Positions 46,301 through 58,300 of a stretch of DNA of 64,000 nt are shown here, one piece after another. Made by a program: the position numbers and the translations under genes. Position 1 is the first letter of the stretch; every line of letters starts with the position of its first letter. The notes beneath the pieces were generated by a model. It saw nothing but the letters and a program-made list of their open reading frames with translations, did no database searches and was not told where the DNA came from. This DNA is from Phaeosaccion multiseriatum. Lineage: Eukaryota; Protista; Ochrophyta, other classes. Location: NCBI GenBank assembly GCA_965112735.1, contig OZ218953.1:5084001-5148000 (forward strand). Reading direction: 5' to 3'.

Positions 46301-49300
46301 GACTGACCGAGGACAGCCTGTACGCCTTCAAGGTGGTGCCTATCAACGCCGTGGGGGAGGGCATCCCCACGGGGGCTTCCGCCACCGTCGTGGCTCGGGA
46401 AGGGGCCGCCGCCGGAATGACCACCGCCAACGGCCCCGCGCTGAGAGTGGGTATGGCTGGCCTGGTGTACGAGCAACAAACCATCACCTCCGCCCCCGGC
46501 GTGAACTTTACTCTCAGCTACGGAGCCTTCGGCACCGAGTCCGGCGCGATATACTCCGACAGCCCGAGCGTGTCCAGCGCAAGCGAGGTGGAGCAACTAC
46601 TGGAGAGTCTAGTGGGCGATGTGCACGTGACGAGGTCGGAGAGCAACGTCACCGGCAACACCCTCTTTGTGTGGACGGTAACCTTCCTCGACCTGACGGG
46701 AGATGTAGACATGCTCTATGTCAACACCACGGACTCGACCGACGGCAGCCTCAACGTGACCATTGCCGAGTACATTAAGGGCGAGGCAAACGAGTTCACC
46801 ATCTCGCCTCGCAGGGCCTCTGGAGCCCCCCTCACCGACCTCACCTCCACATCTTCCTTCGCCACCAAGGGGAAGGGTGCCTACAGTTTCGCCGGCACAG
46901 ACGTCTTCTTTACGGAGCTGTACAAGGAGGAGGTATGGGAGTCCGACGGCGGTGTGGCTTCTTACCACGGCGTGCAGTACGAGGTGCAGCAGATCACCAT
47001 CCCAGCCGGCAGCACGGGCTCTTTCTGCCTCGGCTTCGAGTGGGATGGCACCTTATACAGCAGCACCAACGGCACTGGTGCAGGCTGTGTGGAAGTGGAC
47101 GAGGGAGGTGCGGCGCTTAAGGCCGCCCTCGAGCAGCTCTCTCCTCTCAGCGATGTGGATGTGTCGTACAGCAGCAGCAGCGAGTCGAGCAGCGGTGACT
47201 TCATCTATCGTGTGTACTTTACCGGCCTTCTTGGTGACTTGCCGCTCCTCAGCCAGGCCAATGCCAGCGACGCACTCACACCCGGTCAGATGACCATCTC
47301 GGAGGTTCAGCCCGGGTATGCGGAGGTGCAGGCGGTGATTGTCTCTGCAGACACGCGCTTTGTGTATGAGGTACAGTCTCTGGAGTTGAGTGATGTTAGC
47401 GACACCATCGCAGGGCAAGGATTGACCTTCAATCTGACGTTGGAGGGAGCCTCCAACAGTGTGGAAGTGAGCGTGGACGCTTCCGCTGCGGAGATGGAGG
47501 AGGCTTTGGAGTCACTCAGCAACGTGTACGACGTTAGTGTGGTGCGCGTGGACAAGCTCAACTACAACAGCAGCAGCAGCAGCAGCTCCTCCTCTGTGGT
47601 GGAGAACTCCACCCTCTGGACCGTTACTTTCTACGACCCGGTGGGAGACCTTCCTGGGCTCGAAGTGGACTATACCGACATTGAGAGTGCCTCCGCTTCC
47701 TCCGCGATTGACGTGGTGGAGGTGGTGGAAGGAGAGTCGCCTCTCAACGGCACTTTCACCCTCTCCTACCGGGGGCAATTCACGGAAGATTTGGACTTCT
47801 TCGCTTCGGAGGACGATGTTGAAGATGCTTTAGAGGCTCTTTCCACCATAACAAGCGTGCAAGTGAGCCGAGATGACTTGGGTACGGGCTACCGCTGGTG
47901 GGTGACCTTCACCGGAGACGTTGGTGATCTGCCCGACGTCGTCGCATACCCCTATCGCTGGGAGGAGCAGCGCATTGTGCTCGCGGGTGGCGACCCCACT
48001 CCCATCGGTGGCTCCTTCAAGCTCAAGTTAGGCAACGGTACCTACACCGCTGCTTTGCCGTACGACATCACTGCAGACGGCATGCAGGGAGCGTTGGAAG
48101 CGCTCTCCAACGTGGGCAGTGTCGACGTGAGCAAGGAGGTGGGCACCAACGGACAGGCCGAGTGGGCAGTCACTTTCCGTGACCTGGTTGGCGACGTGCA
48201 GCTCCTCACGGCGAATTCCAACCTTCTCACCGGCAGCGAGGCGACAGTCCATGTGTATGAGGAAGTGAGCGGCAGCGATGCAAGCCTCACCGGAAACGCC
48301 CCCGTCCTTGAAGTGGTGGAGATGCTTGCCGGCTACCCTCGGTACACGGGTAGCTACCTGCCCAAGACCACGGGCGACTACCAAGTGAAGGTCATGCAGT
48401 TGCTCCAAGGGGGCCTCAGCGCGACTTACTACGACAACCAATGGCTGCTCGGCACGCCCGCCGTCCAGCGTGTGGACCCGCAGATCAAGTTCGACTGGGG
48501 CACCGGTGCGGTGACGACTTACGGTCGAGACTACGTGTCTGTGCGGTGGGAGGGCAAGCTGTTGGCGACGACTTCGGAGGACTACACCCTCTACCTGCTG
48601 GCCAACGACGGAGCGCGGCTGTACCTCGACCATGAGCTGATTGTGGACGAGTGGGAGGCGACGAGCGGCGTGGACGTACGCGTCACGGTGGCACTCACCG
48701 AGGGCACTTACCACGACCTTGTGGTGGAGTACAGAGAGGAGGTTGGCACCGCTTCCATCTCCCTCATGTGGAGCAGCTTCAGCATCACCCCTGAGGTCAT
48801 TCCGACCGAGAACCTTTTCTATGCTTCCTCTATTGCCGGCAGCCCCTATGAGGTTGGCGTGGTGCCTGGTGCGGCGACATATCCTTACACGGATGCGTTT
48901 GGAGAGGGACTGGAGACAGCCGCCGCCGGAGTGCCTGCCTCCTTCGTCATTCAGGTAGGTGGAAGGAAGGAAGGGAGGAGAGGAGAGGACGGGAGAGGGG
49001 CGTATTCTGCGTCTGTGCTTCTCCTGCTTTCCTTTTGTTTTAGTGTGGTCTTGTATTCCTCTTTCTTTCCTTCTTTCATTCTTTCTTTCTTCTCCTTTTC
49101 CTCCTCTCTCTATGTAACGTTCCCTCTGTTCGCACCTAATGCTTCTCTCTCTCCCTCTATCCCTCCCTCTCTCTCTTGCTCTCCCTTCCTCTCTCTCTCT
49201 CTCTCTCTCTCTCTTCCTCCCCCCCCCTCCTTTCTCACTCTCACCCAGGCCAAGGACGGGTGGGGCAACAACGAAACATACGACATCACCGGTGCGGACG

Positions 49301-52300
49301 GACGTGCCTTCCTCGTGACCCTCACCGACGGCACCCTCGTCCTCGGAGCCAACAGCCTGGGCGAGCCCGTCTACATCGGAGACGGGCAATACCGAGTTAC
49401 CTACACCGCCACCCGGGCCGGCAGTTACAGCCTGTCCGTGCAAACCGCCTCCGGAACGGACATATACTGCGGGCTGGGACAGGAGGACAAGTGCTCTCCC
49501 TTCGATGTGACCGTTACACCAGGCCCCACCGTGGCTGCCGTTTCAGAAACCGAGGGAGAGTCCAGCCCCGCGATGGACGCTCTTGTGGAGGCCGTCGTCG
49601 GAGTGAGTGGGTACTTTACCGTCCAAGCTAAGGACACGTTCGGAAACAATCGCCTCACAGGAGGCGACGACGTGGCTGCAAAGATGGTGTACTCCGACTC
49701 CATCAGCTACCGAGGCGCCGTACAGGACAACGAGGACGGTACCTACTCAGTGATTTACACCGTTCCCCGGGCAGGTATATTTGCCATGCAGGTCACCATT
49801 GGAGGAGAGCCGGTGCAGCACTGCTCCCCTCCTTACACACCTCTTGGCGTTACGGAACGGGCCTACAATGGGATGGCAGTCTACAGTGCCCCAGCCTCGT
49901 GTGACACATCCTACCCCGAGCTGCTCGTGGTGCACAGCGGCCTGCACGTCCCCAGTAGTACCGCCACGGAAACCTACTCCTCCACTGCTGCCTTGAGCGA
50001 GGCGATTGTGGGGGTGCCTTCCCGCTTCACCATAGAGGCTCGCGATAGCTTCGGCAACCTCCGTGTCGGGGACAACACTACGCATTCGACGGACTATGGA
50101 GACGGAGCGAGTGATGCTTTCCTTGTGACTCTGTCCGGTCCTGCGGGCTACCAAGTCAAGACGTCGACCGCAGTCACACACATCAACTTTACAAGCGTAG
50201 TGGATGTGGATGGAGAGGGTGCATCTGCTGCCTTCCGACTAAGCTTCGGCGATTACATCACACAGGACATTCCGCACAATGCTTCCGCGGCCACGCTTCA
50301 AGCCGCGCTGAGTGCCATGCGATTATCTGACGACTCCGACGGCGGCGACCAGGAGGTGACCATGGTGGAGGCAGTGGTGACCAAGAGCTACAGCAACGAT
50401 TCATGGACGGTTACGCTCCTCAGTCATCTCGACGAGTGGATGGAGACGCCTCTATCGGTGGTGGAGAGTAGTGACAACTCCACCTCGGTGTCCGGTGCCA
50501 TGCAGGCCACCAAGGCCGCCAGCGCGGGGCTTTACCCTGTCGAGTACACGTGTTGGTACTCCGGTATGTACTCCATGTCTGTGACCAGCCCCGACGGGAC
50601 TTTGCACGTGGCCAGCAGCGCCTTCATGGTGGAGGTTACCACCTACGAGACTGAGGCAGCGAGCTCCATCGCCACAGGGCAGGGCTTGGTGGGCGGCGTG
50701 GCAGGCGAGCAACTCTCGATTCTGGTACAGGCACGGGACTGGCGGCAGCGAGAGGTTCAGACCATCCGTTCCTCCGCTGCGGTGGTGCCTGTGGTAGCCG
50801 AGGTGCAGAACGTCACCTTCTCAGGGCTCGGTAGTGTGGAGCTCACCTTCCTCGGTGCCAATGTGACTACGGTTACCACTTCAACGACGGCGTCTGAGCT
50901 GGCAACTGCATTAGAAGCTCTCCCCACCGTAAGTGAGGTGGAGGTGACCGGCACCGTCGCCCAAGGGTTTTCTGTAACGTTTACGGGGGTGCGTGGCGAC
51001 TTGCCTCTGTTCAACGCCGTGCCCAGCAGTAAAGCGACGGCTACAGAAGTGGTCCAGGGCGATGCGCCCTTCCGCAAGGAGGTGCAGGCTTTCATGTGTA
51101 GCAGCGACGCCAACGGAACGTCCACCGTGACTTTCCGCGACTACGACAGCGTCGATGTACAACTGTTCGACAACGGCACGGCGCTCTCTGTGGAGGACTT
51201 TGAAACTCTCCTGTCCTCCTCCCTCGTGGAGGTTTCCGTATCCGCCGTGGACGACTCCCAGCTGTGCACTGGCAATTACGTCTACATTACCTTGGAAGAG
51301 GTGGTGGGCGACGTGTCTGCCCTTCAGTTCTCGCAGCCCTCCCTCGGCGGCTCCCTCACCCTCGATGCCTCAGCTGGTTTGTCTGGCGTCTTCCCCCTGT
51401 GGGGCACCTTCACTCTGAGCTACGGAGAGGAGACAACGTCTGAGCTGTCCAGCGATGCTTCTGCCGAGGAGGTGGAGACCGCTCTCGAGGCTCTGGACGG
51501 GATTGGTGCCGTGACGGTCGACAAGGAGATGCTGGGTCTGACGGTGGACTCAGAGGGCGTCAACACGTACGCCAACGGCACCGCTCTGACCAGCGTGTGG
51601 ACCGTGGTCTTCGACGGGCTCTGCAGTAACGCCTCTGCTTCGGATGGCAACGGATGCCCTACCGACCTTGGCGACCTGCCCCTGCTTGTGGTGGACTCGA
51701 GCTCGTTGCAGTGGGCCGACAGCCCGTACGAGCACCAAGCCGCACCGGAGTTGGTTGTGCTTGAGGCAATCAAGGGTACGGCAGGCAACAATCAGACGCA
51801 CGACAAGGTCAGCGTCGATGACATTAGCCTGGTGATGGCACTCAACGGAGGTGCAGGTCTCGGCATTGGTGTCCATGAGGAACAAGAGCTCTCTTGCTAC
51901 TCGCCTTCTTCTTCCTCGCCTACCGGGTCTTTCCTGCTGAGCTTCATGGGCAGCGAGGTGGAGGTGGCCATGAACAGCACTCGACAGGAGCTGCTCTCTC
52001 TCTTGGAGAATGGCTTGTCCATCGACGCCACTCTGGAGCCGTCCAGCCTCGCTCTCTGCGGCGCAGACAACGAGACAACAACCATCATCTTTGCCTCCAA
52101 CTACACTCAGCCGCTCCTCCTTGTCAGCGATGTGTCTCCTTCCAGCAATAAGGTGGTCGTCAAGGAGATGGTGAGGGCTGTGGACTCTGTGGAGTACCTC
52201 GGAGACGGAGTGTATGAGGTCTTATACACGCCCGCACGCGCGGGCTCCTACGTCCAGATCATTGCCATCGGCGGGGAGGAGATTGCAACGGACCTGACGG

Positions 52301-55300
52301 AAGGGGTAACGGTTACACCTGCTGCTACCAATGCGGTCTACACCACGTTTGAGACCTTGTCAGTTGCCATCCAAGAGGTGGAGCATACGCACAGCATTCA
52401 AGCGACAGATGAGTTTGGCAACGAGCTGTCCGGCCCCGCCAGCGGTGTGTTTGTGTCCTACCTTGACGTAGTCGAATCCGCCAAGACATCATCCGAGCGA
52501 GTCGTCGCCAAGGTCACGAGTCGGGCGACACCCAACACGGACGGGCAGTACAATGTGGCCTTCACCCCCCAATTGGCGGGGGAGTACAAACTCACCAACG
52601 CCTACCGTCAGAGTGGGGGTCTCCTGGCCACTTTCTACGAGAATGTTGACCTTCGTACCTCCCCCCAGTTGGGGAGCCGTCTGGCAACTTTCCCTTACCA
52701 TGCGAGCGCGCACTGCCCCGCGGGTATGGCGGCTCGTGACATTGGCTGTGATAGCACCACTCTCTCTGCTGGTATCGACTTTGCATGGGGCACGGACTCC
52801 CCTCTCCCGGACCTCGACTTCCCTGCAGACTACTTTAGCGTGTCCTGGGAGGGGCTGGTAGAGGGTCCGGTCAACGGCACGGTGACCTTCTCCGTCCTCA
52901 CCTCGGATCGGGTGAGGCTCACCGTTGGAGAAGAAGTGGTGTTCGATACCATCCTTTCTAACAGCACGACCTCCACCAGCGGTACTGTGAGCAGCGCCAA
53001 GTCCAGTGTGAGTGGGGTTGTCAGCATGACGGAGGAGGAGTTGCAGAGCATCAAACTTGACTTTGTCGAGTCTACCGACAGTGCCAGTATCAGCCTTATG
53101 TGGGCCTACGCAGGGCAGGCCGAGCCGACGGTCGTCCCCGCCTCTGCCCTCTTCTACGAGCGACACTTGTCGGGCTCGCCTAGTACTCTCATCGTATACC
53201 CTGGTGATGTGGACGGGGCCACGTCTGAGGCAAGTGGTAACGGCCTGACCGAGTGTGTGGCCATGGAGGACTGCTCCTTCACCATCCAGGCACGGGACAC
53301 AGATGGCAACAACTTGTTCAATGCGGGAAGCGACGAGTGGGTGGTGACAGTAGAGGGAAGCGACGGCTGGGCCGCCGAGGCGAGGATTGGCGAGTACTAT
53401 ACCGCCAACGCCGACAGCAGCGACAGCAGCGCGCCACTCACTGTCAACGCCACCTACGTGGAGAACGATTGGGAGCTCGTAGGAATGGTGAGCTGCAGGC
53501 AGGGCTATCGTGTGTGCAGTACGGCGGCCGACCTCACCGGCAATGTGTCTCGTGGAGACCTTCTCGTCATCAACGGAGAGACCCTCCGTGTGTCTGAGAG
53601 CTCCTCGGACTCCATCACCAACGGCACGCTGCCCCTCGCCACCATGTTCCGAGGGGTGACAGGAGACTACATGGCGTATAAGGCCGGCGAGGAGACAGGC
53701 ACCTACACCGTCACCTACACGCCACTCGTGCGGGGAGAGTACGTCATCACTGTGCAGGAGCCGGCGGAGGGTGAGCAGCAGCGCATCACCTCTTCGCCGG
53801 AGTACGGCAGCGTGGCATATGGCAACTTCACCCTCTCCTTCACCGGGAAGGAGGAGGAGGAGGAGGAGGAGGAAGAGACGACGTCTTTGCTCTCCTTTGA
53901 TGCCTCGGCCAGCGAGGTGCAGGAGGCGCTAAACAACCTTACTGCCCTGTCCGCCTACGGCGAGGGGGTGCAGGTCTCTCTCGGCAACTGCTCCGACGTG
54001 AGTGCAAGTTGCCAGTGGCTGGTCACCTTCCCTGCCGAGCTGGGCGACATCAGCCTCCTCACCGCCAAAGGTGGCGTGGGGAGTGGCGTGAGCCTGACGG
54101 TGGAGGAGGAGGCTGCGGGCCACCCTGCTGTGGACGTGTTGAGCAGCCCTTCCACCCTCACAGTGCTACCCAACGAGGCCGACGCTTCCCACAGCATCGC
54201 ACACGGCAAGGGTCTGTATGAGGGGGTGGCTGGAGAGAGAGCCCGCTTCACGATCCAGGCCAAGGATGCCTACAAGAACGATCGCCTCACCTCGCAAGAG
54301 GCCTCGCTGTTCAAGGTGGTGGCCTATGACTTCGACGGCGTCGCCAGCCCTGTGAGTGGGTCTGTGAAAGCGCTGGAGGATGGGCAGTATGCCGTGAGCT
54401 ACCTTCCCACCTACGCCGACAGCTACACTCTGGCAGTGGTTATGGCCACGGCGGCGGAGAGGCAGCAGATTTCGCTGACATACTCCTCTCTCGCCTCTGC
54501 GGGGGGCAATTTCCGCATCACTCTCGACGGCAAGACAACGGTCCGCCTGGCTCACGATGTGGTGAGTGTGTGTGCGCGCGTGTGTGTGTGCGTGTGTGTA
54601 TGTGTGTGTGCATGTGTGAGTGAGTGCAGTGGGCTCTGCCGCTGCTTGATTGATTATTCTGCCATCTGTGCTTTTCTCCTTGGTTTCTTGGTTTCTAACG
54701 CCTTCGCGTGTTTGTGTGTGTGCACGTTACTTCTCGTCCCCTCCCTTCCCTTCAGTCTGCAAGCAACTTGGCTGCAGCAATGGAGGAGCTTGGCATGGGC
54801 GCCGTAACGGCTACGCGATCTGTGAGTGGCACCACGTACACCTACATCGCCACCTTCGATGAATGGGTAGGCGACGTACAGGAGCTAGAGGTGGGCACCG
54901 CCTCCCTCGTCAACCTCGCCGAGGTCAACGTCACCACCACCCAACACGGAACCACCGCTCACATCAAAACGGTGGACCCTTCCTCAGACTTCCTGTCGGA
55001 CGGTTACACCAATGCCACCACCCTGGTGAACGAGCGACAGGTGGTACGCCTCGCCAGCCCGAATCAGTGGAACTCCACCCTCGAGGCCTCGGGCACCTAC
55101 GCACTGTCCTTCCGTGGGTATGAAACGGCCGAGATTGCCGTTACGGCAGATGCAGCAACGGTGGAGGAGGCTTTGGAGGCATTGGAGGTGGTTGGAGATG
55201 TGAATGTGACACGCCACACCGTCTCGGGTGGCCCTTACGGCTTTGAGTTTGTCATTGAATTCATCGGGGCAGGGTGCCACACGATCGAATGCTGGGGCAA

Positions 55301-58300
55301 CTACGGCGACCAACCGGCACTGCTCATCACAACCGATGTAGTGGCGGCTTACAACCTCACCACCCGAGTATTCAGCGGGGGGGTGGTCTCTACCGACGGA
55401 GAGTACACTGCTGACGGTGTCTCGCCCTTCGCTCCGGTCATCAGTCCGGCCCCGCTCTCTGCCGAACACTGCACTGCGGTCGACAAGGATGGCGTCGCAG
55501 ACTACGAGGCCCTGAGTACGGGCTACTTTGAACGCGAGTCTTTCTTCTCCATTCAAGCGCGGGATCGATTCTCCAACCGCATCTACGATGGACCTGTGAA
55601 GGAGGTCCAAATCATCACCACCTCAACCAATTCAACCACCAACCCCCTAGAGGGGAGCTTTACCCTGTCCTTCCTCGGTGAGGAGGTGGAGGTGGAGGCA
55701 GGGGCGGGTCCCGATGTCGTGGAGGGGGCGTTGGAGAGCCTCTCTTCGGTGGGGGCTGTAACGGTCACCACCAACGGAGTCTCCGCGGAGATTGGCGACG
55801 GCACGGTGTTGGCGGATGTGGAGTACGGCAGCATCTATGTGGACCTGTCTGTTGCTGATGTGAGCTCGTACCTCAAGGAGGGAGACTGGGTGCGCCTGTG
55901 TGATCAATATTCCGGCCTTGTGTTTACAGTGGAGTCCATCAGCGCCGACACGCTTACGCTTAACAAACCCTACTCGGACGCCACCCAAGACGACTGCGGC
56001 GTCTTCCAGCAGAGCGGCGAGGGCAGCTACTACCAGTACGTTGTCACCTTCGACAGCAACATTGGCGACCTTCCTTCCATTGTGGTCGATGGCTCTGGGC
56101 TGGATTACAACTCGGGAAGCAACACCTCCACTGCGGCCGTAACGTCTTGCACGAGCAATCAGCGCCAGACCATCATCGCCGCTGCCGATGGCGACGACGT
56201 TGGAGGCACCTTCTTGCTGGAGTACAACGGGCAGACCACGGGCCAGCTCAGCTACAACGCCAGCGCTGCCGAAGTGGCCAGCGAGCTGCTTACCCTAGAC
56301 GACCTCTACAGCCTTACAGTCACGCAAGTGGACATCGGCATCTGGACAGTGTCCATCACATCCTCCGCCGCTGCTGCTACAACAGTTGGTGATACACCAG
56401 GGTCGTCGTCCTCTGACTTTGCACTCCTGTACGCAGAGGGCTACCTGCTCACTGGCACCAATGCCGCAGTGACAGTGTACAGCGACTGCCCCGTAGCCGG
56501 AGATAGTAACTGCACCTACGCGTGTGAGACCCAAACCGCCGCAGGAGAGGTGGGCGCCGCCTGGCTCGTCAGCCTGGAGGGGGAGGAGATCGCAGCAGGA
56601 TCTGTGGAGTACTCCGGGGAGGGCATCTACACTGCTTCTTACCTTACGCCTCGCGTCGGAGGGTACGAAATGACGGTAGCGCTCGGCGAGGGATACGGCC
56701 TGCTCGGGGAGTACTTTAACAACCGATGGACGTTCGGCGACCCTGTGATTACGCGTGTCGATCCCGTGGTAGACTTCAGCTGGAGTGCGCAAGACACACT
56801 CACACCAACGGGGCAGGACTACATCTCTGTGCGGTGGACGGGATTTATCCAGCCGGCCTTTGACGAAGAGTACACTTTCTCGGTGGAGGTGAACGATGGC
56901 GTGCGCGTGTGGGTGGGCGATGAGCTCATTATCGATGCCTTTGAAGACGAGTTAAGCGAGGAGGAGACCGAACCCTTCCGCACCCACGAAGCACGCACCT
57001 CCGCCCCCTTGGTGGCCGACCGTCTCTACCCCATCAGACTGGAATTCCGCGAGAATTACGGAGCGGCGGTGGCCCGTCTTTTGTGGGCATCCACCACCCA
57101 ACCACGCCAAGTCGTACCGACACACCGCCTCTTCCACGCCTCCGCAGAGGTGGTCGGGAGCCCCTTTACCGTGGAACCCCTACCGAGCAAGCCGAGCCAG
57201 CCCACCGAGGTGGTGCTGACTGATCCCGCGTGGGACCAGCTCCGTCTCACGTGGGAGGCACCTTCCAACGACGGAGGGGAGGAGATTGAGACTTACCTTG
57301 TCGAGTGGTGGAGCGCCGTGGAGGGCGATTACGGCACAACCGAGGTGCAAACCATTCGTTTCTCCAACGACATTGACGGGGGGGTGTTTTATCTCGAGTA
57401 CCCGGCCGGATCCACCTATCCTCGTGCATTGAGTTGGAACGCGAGTGTGGGTGCGGTGACTGCGGCGCTCGAGGATCTCTACGACCTTCGGGACGTGACG
57501 GTTTCGTACGCGGAAACCAACAACACCCGCTCCTATGCCGTCAGCTTTGTGGCGGAGACGAATCACGCCGTCAGCACCCTTGTTGTGGACAGCGCCTCAC
57601 TCACCTCCAGCACCGGCACTGTCGCTGCGCTGGTGTGTGCGGATGGGGCAAACTCGACCTCTTCCTCCTCCTCCTCGCTGAGCTGCTCGGCGAGCGACAG
57701 CGTGGCTGGCAACGGCTCTGTGCTGGGCTGGAGCACCAACGTTGACATGTCAGGCTCGACCTACTCGTTCCTCATGACTGATCTTGATCAGGCCTCTGAC
57801 GTTGCGGACGGTTTCAGCGTGCGTGTTTCGGCCGGCAACGGAGCGGGTTATGGAAGACCTTCGACCGCACTTACCCTGAAGCCTGCCGCGGTTCCCTCCA
57901 CGGTGTCATCAGCGGAGCTGGTGCGCGTGGCGGACTCCTCCTCCGGCCTGACCGTGCACTGGACCGATGTGAGCGCAGACTACAGCAGCGACGTGAAGCG
58001 CTTCTTGGTGGAGTGGACCGTTGCCAACGGCACGACGACGGCTTCAGAAACAGAGACACAACACTTCGAAGCGGCCAAGAGCTACTTCAAATCAACGGAG
58101 CGTGTCGCCAACAGCACGCTGGGCAACTACTACAGGTACACCCTGGAGGGCTTGACTGCCGGCTCGGAGGTTTCTGTGACGGTTTCAGCCATCAACGGCG
58201 TCGGCGTGGGCCCTGCTCGCCCCACCAGCCCTCCTTCCCTGGTCCCCATGGCTGCTCCTTCCCAGCTGGCCTACGGCAGTGGAGTGACTCTTAGCACGGT

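Noticed and set aside
40333-54807. The 4,824-aa ORF taken as the complete protein
   Set aside because: It begins at a TTG, reads through the 294-bp intron and ends after running through the second intron; the real CDS splices at 54561/54756 and continues beyond 64000.
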